Source of the DNA: Myxococcota bacterium
GTDB lineage: Bacteria > Myxococcota_A > Polyangia > Nannocystales > Nannocystaceae
Assembly (NCBI GenBank): GCA_039194325.1
Contig: JBCCWC010000003.1
Coordinates: forward strand, 1-64,000
Length of the DNA: 64,000 nucleotides
Direction of reading: 5' to 3'
Below, one piece after another: positions 57,859 to 64,000 of the stretch. The translations under genes and the position numbers were made by a program. The notes under the pieces are model-generated. The model searched no databases and was not told the origin of the DNA. It worked only from the letters and a program-made list of their open reading frames with translations. How positions within the stretch are numbered: the stretch's first letter is position 1; the number at the start of each line of letters is the position of its first letter.

Positions 57859-57931
57859 TATGGGCGGCAACGCCCATACCAACTCGTCGTAGTCAGGCGT
57901 GAACGATCACGACTCCCGTTCGACGGTGGGA
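57859..57931 (+). other. cluster of small hairpins in the AT-richer leader of the P450 gene
   Basis: TATGGGCG-GCAA-CGCCCATA (GNRA loop), GTCGT...ACGAC, TCCC...GGGA. Confidence 0.35.
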
Positions 57932-57999
57932 TGTAACCATGGAAATCAAAAGGAAACCAAGAGCAGCACTAGCCTCATGATAGAATCCCATTGATTCCA

Positions 58000-59223
58000 A
58001 TGTCTGGTTCTTGTGCACCCCTCGACATCTTTTCCTCTGCGTTCATCGAGGATCCGGCCCCCATGATCAGCTGGATGCACGCGGAGTCCCCGATCATGTT
58101 CGAAGAGCGCATCAATGGCTGGCTGGTCGGCAGTTACGCCGACATCCAGGAACTCCGGGCCGAGTCACGCCTCACCAACCAGCGAGCGGGCATCATCGAA
58201 CAGCTGACCCCTCCAGAGCTCCATGACCGGGTCGCTCCGCTCGCGGAGTGGTACGCGGGGTGGATGATGATGCTCGATGGAGCCGGTCACCGCCGGATCC
58301 GTCGGCTCACCGCGCACGCGTTCCAGCCCCGTCAGCTCGAGCACCTGCAGAGCCTCATCGACACCGTCGTCGCCCAGCTCGTAGGAGCCGCACTCGACAA
58401 GGGCGAGCTAGAGGTCACCCAGGAGCTGGCCTTCCCGCTGCCGCGCACCGTGATCTGCGAGATGGTGGGGCTCCCCGAGCAGGACCGACACCTCTTCCCC
58501 GAGTGGTTCCGCAACATCAGCCTCGGGCTCAGCATCCCGCTGAACACCGCCGAGCTCATCGACTCCGTGGCCGGCTCGCACGCTGCGATGACCGCGTACT
58601 TCACCGAGAAGATCCAAGATCGACGCCGCACGCCCCGTGAAGGAGAGGTGCTAACCGGCCTGGTGAATGCGATGGAGGAGGGTGATTCGTTGAGCGAGCG
58701 CGAGGTGATCGACCTGCTCGCGGTGATCATCACCGGGGCGTACGACACCACCGCCCACCTCATCACCAACGGTCTGCACTTGCTGCTGCAACACCCCGAG
58801 CAGCTCGCCGCGGTCCGGGCCGACCCCTCGCTCGTCGATGACTGGATCGAGGAGACCCTGCGATTCCAGCCTTCGATCCCCATCAACATGCAATCGGTCG
58901 GCGAGGCGTTCGAATACAAGGGCCATCGCTTCGAGGCGGGTCAAATGGTCTTCTTCCTGGCCGGCGCCGCCAACCGCGATCCCGCGCACTTCCCCGATCC
59001 CCATCGCTTCGACATCCGACGCGACAACAGCCGTGACCACGTCGCATTCGGGTTCGGCCCGCATTTTTGCCTGGGGGCACCGCTCGCGCGCATCGAGGCC
59101 CGCCGCGCGTTCCACGGCCTGCTGGAGCGTACCGAGTCGCTCACCCTGCCCGAGCAGGAGATCCGGTATCTACCCAACACGTTCATACGAGGACTCGAGT
59201 CGCTGCGCGTGACCCTTGGCTGA
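58000..59223 (+). CDS. cytochrome P450
   Basis: I-helix GAYDTT, EETLR, AANRDP, heme motif FGFGPHFCLG. Confidence 0.97.
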   Translation: MSGSCAPLDIFSSAFIEDPAPMISWMHAESPIMFEERINGWLVGSYADIQELRAESRLTNQRAGIIEQLTPPELHDRVAPLAEWYAGWMMMLDGAGHRRIRRLTAHAFQPRQLEHLQSLIDTVVAQLVGAALDKGELEVTQELAFPLPRTVICEMVGLPEQDRHLFPEWFRNISLGLSIPLNTAELIDSVAGSHAAMTAYFTEKIQDRRRTPREGEVLTGLVNAMEEGDSLSEREVIDLLAVIITGAYDTTAHLITNGLHLLLQHPEQLAAVRADPSLVDDWIEETLRFQPSIPINMQSVGEAFEYKGHRFEAGQMVFFLAGAANRDPAHFPDPHRFDIRRDNSRDHVAFGFGPHFCLGAPLARIEARRAFHGLLERTESLTLPEQEIRYLPNTFIRGLESLRVTLG

Positions 59224-59445
59224 GCCGCGGCTACGCAGGCCGATCGAACGACGCACTCGTGACGCGCGTGAACTGCACTCGCTGACCATCGAGACCGAGG
59301 GGGAGCGCTGGTCATCGAGGATTGAGTGTCCCCGAACCCGAGCAACGCGCTCGACGCTGGGCCTCGACCCTGCGCACCCCGGGCAGGACACCTGCCAACC
59401 CGGGGCCGAGGTCAGCTCGACTTCGACCTCGATCTGGCCCGAGAC

Positions 59446-59519
59446 ATGACACTCGCCGTCCCTCGCTCGAGGATCTCCGTTTTCGTCCGCCGAGATCGAC
59501 AGCGAGAAGAAATCCCAGT
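59446..59519 (-). pseudogene. diverged, frameshifted 74-bp copy of 61202-61274
   Basis: Manual alignment gives 11 mismatches and 1 gap; WDFFSLSISADE/TEILERGTASV versus WEFFSLSTSADGTEILDRGTTEV. Confidence 0.8.
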
Positions 59520-59540
59520 GACAAGAGGACGGTCAGCGCC

Positions 59541-60248
59541 TCAGGTCGACGCCGTAGGCTCACCCTCTGTGGTATCTACCCCACTACCAACCTCGCTCGT
59601 ACCTTGCATCCCACCGGTTTCGAACGGGATATACTGGCAGGCGTTCTCATCAGGGTCGATGATCAACACTGTGCCCGTCCCGGCATAGCCAGGGGTGCTC
59701 GAGCCATGCTCGAGATGAAGAGAAGTTTCGGCCACCGTCTTCACATATGTATCACAAAGGTAGAGTGCCGAGCTCACGGTACACACCTGCGGCCCAGGCT
59801 GCGCAGGATCTTCGACGAGATCACAGTAAGACTCGTTGCATGTCAGATGATCTTTACACGCGATGATGAGATCATCCAGCAATTCGTCGACAAAGTTATT
59901 GTAAGCATCAGCATCTTCTTGGGCCAATGAGTCCAGATCCATGGCGTTCTTCGCGTCGATTGCCGCCATTATCCTGTCGAATCGGCTCTGCGGGAAAACA
60001 CAACGTCTCCCAATGTAGGCCGAAACAGGAAGGGGGGCATCCATCCCACCACCGTAGTAGTTTGCACAGGTCGTATCGAAGAAACCGTAGGGTGATATCT
60101 CATCCGCAATCTCGACCGGCTCGACGCGATAGTCAAGACAATGAACGACGCACTGCTGCGCCGGGCGAACACATGACCAGGACACAAGAAACAACCCTAT
60201 CGTGCCGATGAGTAGCGACCACGCGCGAATCAGCAAGAACGTTCTCAT
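59541..60248 (-). CDS. hypothetical Cys-rich lipoprotein (AT-richer codons)
   Basis: Signal plus SWSC, many Cys, acidic tail; ATGA overlap with upstream gene. Confidence 0.75.
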   Translation of the reverse strand: MRTFLLIRAWSLLIGTIGLFLVSWSCVRPAQQCVVHCLDYRVEPVEIADEISPYGFFDTTCANYYGGGMDAPLPVSAYIGRRCVFPQSRFDRIMAAIDAKNAMDLDSLAQEDADAYNNFVDELLDDLIIACKDHLTCNESYCDLVEDPAQPGPQVCTVSSALYLCDTYVKTVAETSLHLEHGSSTPGYAGTGTVLIIDPDENACQYIPFETGGMQGTSEVGSGVDTTEGEPTAST

Positions 60249-60826
60249 TGCCCTTCCACGCTCGCATTCTGACAATCCATCATTTCCCGCCATTCGGCCC
60301 AGCAAGGGCGTTCTTCTTGAGGCGGAAGATCATCGCCGCTACCCCGAAAGTAGAACCGCTGGGCATCGCAATCCAGCGAAGCAACGCATTCGTAGTGATC
60401 GGCCCACTGACCGACACAAACGTCTTGCATCGTCGTCGGTTGATACCCCCAACCGGAACTCCGAAGACCATCAGCCGTTGCGCACTCTCTTATACAACCC
60501 TCAAGATCTTCGTAGGCCGGCGTCTGCCCGATTCCACACTCTGGACTAATCTCGATCTCACACCACCGCTGGCAGGGTTCGACACGATGCTCGAACAGAT
60601 CGACATCGTCACTCCCACTCTCACCATCGGCGATCTGTCGACTACATCCCGGAATGACAACGGAGATGAGCACCGCAAGCGCCGCTGAAGTCGAGGCGCC
60701 CGACCACGACGGACCAATGACGTCATGTCGGGCGACCCATGCCTCGAGATGCTCGCTTCGGCGCCCACTCGGCTTCTTCCAAACCGCCTGGCTCGACGCC
60801 GGCTCGCGAGCAAGTTTGATCGTCAT
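60245..60826 (-). CDS. hypothetical Cys-rich lipoprotein (AT-richer codons)
   Basis: Hydrophobic stretch plus IPGC, CxxWC, CxxxC pattern; start uncertain. Confidence 0.7.
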   Translation of the reverse strand: MTIKLAREPASSQAVWKKPSGRRSEHLEAWVARHDVIGPSWSGASTSAALAVLISVVIPGCSRQIADGESGSDDVDLFEHRVEPCQRWCEIEISPECGIGQTPAYEDLEGCIRECATADGLRSSGWGYQPTTMQDVCVGQWADHYECVASLDCDAQRFYFRGSGDDLPPQEERPCWAEWREMMDCQNASVEGQ

Positions 60827-60912
60827 TACGGGTAGAGACTAGCATTTCTTTGTCATCGACACGATGCTCCCCCGTCGCGGGCGGCTACCCACACAAAACC
60901 ACCTGGAGAGTA

Positions 60913-61022
60913 GACGAGCGCCAGGCCCGGCCTGGACGAACGCCAGACCCGGTCGGGACGAACGCCAGACCCGGCCAGGAAGAACGCCAGGCCCGGCCGG
61001 GACGAGCGTCTAGCCCGGCCGG
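60913..61022. repeat. 22-bp tandem repeat (GACGAACGCCAGRCCCGGCCGG) x5
   Basis: Units at 60913, 60935, 60957, 60979, 61001; contiguous with no spacers. Confidence 0.93.
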
Positions 61023-61050
61023 AACAACCGAGCCCGATATCCCGTCCCGC

Positions 61051-61749
61051 TCAGCCGCAGCGAGGATCGGTATTCTGCAACATCTCGATCGTCGCCGCGT
61101 CGACCGGGATCGGGTCACACCCATGATCTTGCTCGCAGATCATGTCCCACTGCGGCTCCGCAGCAGAGTGACACGCAAAGCAGTTGCCTCCGAAGGGATT
61201 GATGACCTCCGTGGTCCCGCGATCGAGGATCTCCGTGCCGTCCGCCGAGGTCGACAGCGAGAAGAACTCCCAGTCGTTCGTCGCAGGCGACCACCCAGCC
61301 GCCCGCTTGACCATGGCCTCGTTGGGGACCAGCTGGATCACCGTACCCACCGGGTACATCCCCCCGTCGGGCGAGTTCGCCACCTCGAGGGTCTGGTCGA
61401 GGTAGCCCAGCAGGTTCGTGACGCGAAAGCGCCGGACCAGGTCCCAGTCGAGTAAGCACACGAAATCCTCCGGGCCCATGTCGAGATCTTCGAGGACCCC
61501 ACCGCTGGTACCCGTGCCCGTGGAGTCGACCGCACCGGTGCTCGAGTCGGCCCCGCCGGTCGTGGGCGACGCGGTGCCCGACGGATCTCCAGACGGATTC
61601 CCAGACGGATTCCCAGTCGGATCCGCAGTCTCCCCCGACGAGCCCGTCTCCGTGTTGGACCCCGAAGTCGCCGACCCGCCGTCGTCACCGCAGGCGGGAA
61701 GGACAAGCGCAAGAGTGAACGCCACCGAGTTTCGGATGGATCGCTTCAT
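61051..61749 (-). CDS. c-type cytochrome lipoprotein (cytochrome P460/c'-beta-like)
   Basis: Lipobox LPAC, YPVGTVI, MVKR, DWEFF, C-terminal CFACH. Confidence 0.8.
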   Translation of the reverse strand: MKRSIRNSVAFTLALVLPACGDDGGSATSGSNTETGSSGETADPTGNPSGNPSGDPSGTASPTTGGADSSTGAVDSTGTGTSGGVLEDLDMGPEDFVCLLDWDLVRRFRVTNLLGYLDQTLEVANSPDGGMYPVGTVIQLVPNEAMVKRAAGWSPATNDWEFFSLSTSADGTEILDRGTTEVINPFGGNCFACHSAAEPQWDMICEQDHGCDPIPVDAATIEMLQNTDPRCG

Positions 61750-61781
61750 TGCGCGCACCATAGTCGATTTCGACGCCAACG

Positions 61782-63182
61782 CTAGCGCGGCGCGAACATC
61801 AACCCCACCAGGCACATCTCGTCGTCGGTGCCAAAGCCGGGCAGCACAGGCTCGGTGTCGCCCACCGTGCTGAACTCACAGGTCACGTGCAATCGATCGT
61901 CGAGCGTCGCCGCCATCGGCGCTTGCAAGAAGTAGGCGCTCTGCCAGTTGAAATCCCAGCGATCCACGTCGGCCCCGCACTGCATCCCCGCCGGGGTCTC
62001 TAGCTCGATGATCATCCGGCGGCCCCGCTCGTGCATGTGCGGGATCATGCCCAGGATCTCGATCTCATCGTATTGATCCGCGCCCGAAGCATCGAAGGCG
62101 AGCATGTCGCGGATCCGGTCGTCCCACACGTACTGGACTGCCTCTTGGCCGGGCGCGAGCTGCTGAGGATCGCCGAACTGCGACGAGTACAAGAAGGGAT
62201 CCCACAGCACCTGGTATACCGGACGCTCGACCTCGTCGGCCACCGCAAGGTGCACCTGGGTGGCATCAAGACCCGAGCCCTCCACCAGATCGTAGTGCAT
62301 CTGTACCACCAGCACGTCGCCCGGTTCGAACAAGATGCCGGTGCCTTCAGGATACTCGATCGCTCCCGCGCCCGGGGCCCAGGTCACGGGCACACCATTG
62401 GGGATCACGTCCTCGCCCGCCGCTCCAAAGCAGTCCCAGCCGGGCACATCAGGGCTCTGGTCGTCGAGTGCCTGCATCTGCGCTTCGTTGCCCAACAGGT
62501 CCGGATCTACCCGAAAGCCCAGCACGTGATGCACCAACGCCGGGTTGCCGGGCACCACGTCGAAGCCGGTCACATAGCGCGGCTGATCGAGATCCAGCTC
62601 GACCCGAAAGCAGTGATAGTCCTCGAAGCCGCCGTATTCGGGCACGGCCACCGGCTCGTACTCGGGCAGCTGGAGCTCGTCGATCTCGCCCTGCAAGGTG
62701 GGAGGCTCGGGGACCGATGGCGGTGGGATCGAGGGATCCCCCTCGGGGTAGCCGGCATCCACCCAGTCGGCGATCACGTCGATCTCCTCGTCGCTTACCC
62801 ACCGGGCATCTACGAAGCTGTTGCAGCTGCCGTCGTTGTTGACCGCAAAGGGCGGCATGCTCCGGGCCTGGACCGCCGCGAGCATGGGCTCGCCCCACTC
62901 CACCGCGTCCTCGTAGCTATCGAGGGTGAACGGCGCGATCGCGCCCGGCACATGACACGAGCCACAGTGGCGGGCGAGGATCGGGAACACGTCCTCGTGA
63001 AACTGAGCCCGGCGGAGCTCCGGGTCGGTGTCGGACCCCGTGTCAGCCACAGGCCCGGTAGTCGAGGACTCACCACCCGTCGTCGGCTCGGTATCGGCCC
63101 CCATGGCGCCATCGTCACCACACGCGGGTGCGAGCAAGAGCGTGGTCAGGCCGAACAAAACAGAGACTCGTGGGTGGCTCAT
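61782..63182 (-). CDS. heme-c-containing copper type II (PHM/DBH-like) monooxygenase lipoprotein
   Basis: Lipobox APAC, CGSCH...MPP, VHHV, QMHY, PHMH, WDFNWQ, DEMC. Confidence 0.88.
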   Translation of the reverse strand: MSHPRVSVLFGLTTLLLAPACGDDGAMGADTEPTTGGESSTTGPVADTGSDTDPELRRAQFHEDVFPILARHCGSCHVPGAIAPFTLDSYEDAVEWGEPMLAAVQARSMPPFAVNNDGSCNSFVDARWVSDEEIDVIADWVDAGYPEGDPSIPPPSVPEPPTLQGEIDELQLPEYEPVAVPEYGGFEDYHCFRVELDLDQPRYVTGFDVVPGNPALVHHVLGFRVDPDLLGNEAQMQALDDQSPDVPGWDCFGAAGEDVIPNGVPVTWAPGAGAIEYPEGTGILFEPGDVLVVQMHYDLVEGSGLDATQVHLAVADEVERPVYQVLWDPFLYSSQFGDPQQLAPGQEAVQYVWDDRIRDMLAFDASGADQYDEIEILGMIPHMHERGRRMIIELETPAGMQCGADVDRWDFNWQSAYFLQAPMAATLDDRLHVTCEFSTVGDTEPVLPGFGTDDEMCLVGLMFAPR

Positions 63183-63312
63183 CGGCAATGGATCTCAGGG
63201 TCGAACGATGCGCGAAAACGACCCGTCGTCCGTCGCAAAAACGACAGACGCGGGCGGGAAATGGTCCTCGAACGATGCCGTGGAACGCTCCAAACCTTGC
63301 ACTCCACCATGT

Positions 63313-63327
63313 ATTCTTCCAATGAAT
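63313..63327. promoter_or_regulatory. LysR T-N11-A recognition site
   Basis: ATTC-TTCCAAT-GAAT, 15 nt upstream of the LysR ATG. Confidence 0.6.
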
Positions 63328-63342
63328 CTTTCAGATAGGCCC

Positions 63343-64000
63343 ATGCAGCAGCTGCATCTATCTCAGATCGACGTCAACCTGCTGGTCAGCCTCGATACGC
63401 TGCTGCGCGAGCGCAGCGTGACCCGGGCGGCCAAGCGCCTGGGCCTGAGCCAGTCGGCGATGAGCCACCAACTCCGCCGACTGCGGGAGCTGTTCGACGA
63501 CCCGCTATTGGTCGGCGGCCGGGGCGGCATGGTCGCCAGCCCGCTCGCGGAGTCCCTCGAGAGTCCGGTCCGTCGCGCGTTGCTGGATCTGAACCGCGCG
63601 ATCCAGGGCGAGATGTCGTTCGACCCCGCGACCGCCGAGCGGACGTTCACGATCGCCACCAAGGATGCGGTCGAGCTGCTGGGGCTCCCTCCGCTGCTGG
63701 ATCTGCTGTCCCGCGAGGCGCCGGGGATCCGGATCCACGGTCGACCGCTCGGGCCCAGCACCTATCTCGCGCTGCAGGAGGGCGACGTGGATCTGGTCAT
63801 CGGTCCCGACGTCGAAAACACGTTGGGGGTGAGATTTCCGGGCCTGCGACGTCGGGTGCTGGGCCGCGAGCCGTCGGTCTGCGTGGTCCGCCGCGATCAC
63901 CCCGTGGTGGCCATGGCTCGCCGCGAGGGAGGCCTGACCCTCGAGCGCTACCTCGCGCTTCGACACGTGCAAGTGCTGCCACCCGGGTTGCGTGAGACCT
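63343..64000 (+). CDS. LysR family transcriptional regulator, 3'-partial (absent from the ORF track)
   Basis: MQQLHLSQIDVNLLVSLDTLLRERSVTRAAKRLGLSQSAMSHQLRRLRELFDDPLLV; frame runs off the window. Confidence 0.95.
   Translation, partial: MQQLHLSQIDVNLLVSLDTLLRERSVTRAAKRLGLSQSAMSHQLRRLRELFDDPLLVGGRGGMVASPLAESLESPVRRALLDLNRAIQGEMSFDPATAERTFTIATKDAVELLGLPPLLDLLSREAPGIRIHGRPLGPSTYLALQEGDVDLVIGPDVENTLGVRFPGLRRRVLGREPSVCVVRRDHPVVAMARREGGLTLERYLALRHVQVLPPGLRET

Noticed and set aside
57914..57931. tRNA-like T-arm (GTTCGA)
   Set aside because: No cloverleaf, acceptor stem or CCA end can be built around it.
57698..57999. P450-modified RiPP precursor (biarylitide or cittilin type)
   Set aside because: Short ORFs upstream (MEIKRKPRAALAS, MGGNAHTNSS, the 64-aa ORF) lack an MxYxH or C-terminal YxY-type aromatic core.
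60913..61022. 22-bp repeats as a CRISPR array
   Set aside because: Units are contiguous with no spacers, and no cas genes are in the window; the same holds for the other arrays.
59446..61274. DGR template/variable repeat pair
   Set aside because: Mismatches are not adenine-specific, there is an indel, and no reverse transcriptase is in the window.

Overview
GC-rich bacterial chromosome segment, very likely a myxobacterium (inference: Nannocystaceae-like). The evidence is MYXO-CTERM sorting, many Cys-rich lipoproteins with acidic Ser/Thr/Gly linkers, three Ser/Thr kinases and three ECF sigma factors. About 52 CDS can be supported; no rRNA, tRNA, CRISPR array, transposase or integrase was seen. 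Highlights: (1) a four-gene ECF cassette (18298-21697) in which the same bipartite motif TGACGGA-N11-CCGGACAT precedes both the sigma gene and a Cys-rich lipoprotein gene, a candidate self-recognised promoter; (2) two stand-alone ABC-ATPase/nuclease cassettes, one intact ATPase+TOPRIM (DUF4276-like) pair and one Septu-like pair apparently inactivated by a deletion that leaves an unannotated, start-less C-terminal remnant of the partner gene; (3) a heme-c/copper-monooxygenase lipoprotein pair next to a divergent LysR gene, with a diverged 74-bp fragment of the cytochrome gene bracketing two AT-richer lipoprotein genes; (4) an archaeal-looking RNase HII translationally coupled to a dynamin-like GTPase; (5) many short tandem repeats, several containing a stop codon and six with about five copies. 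Family names come from motif recognition by eye, not database searches, and several start codons are uncertain.
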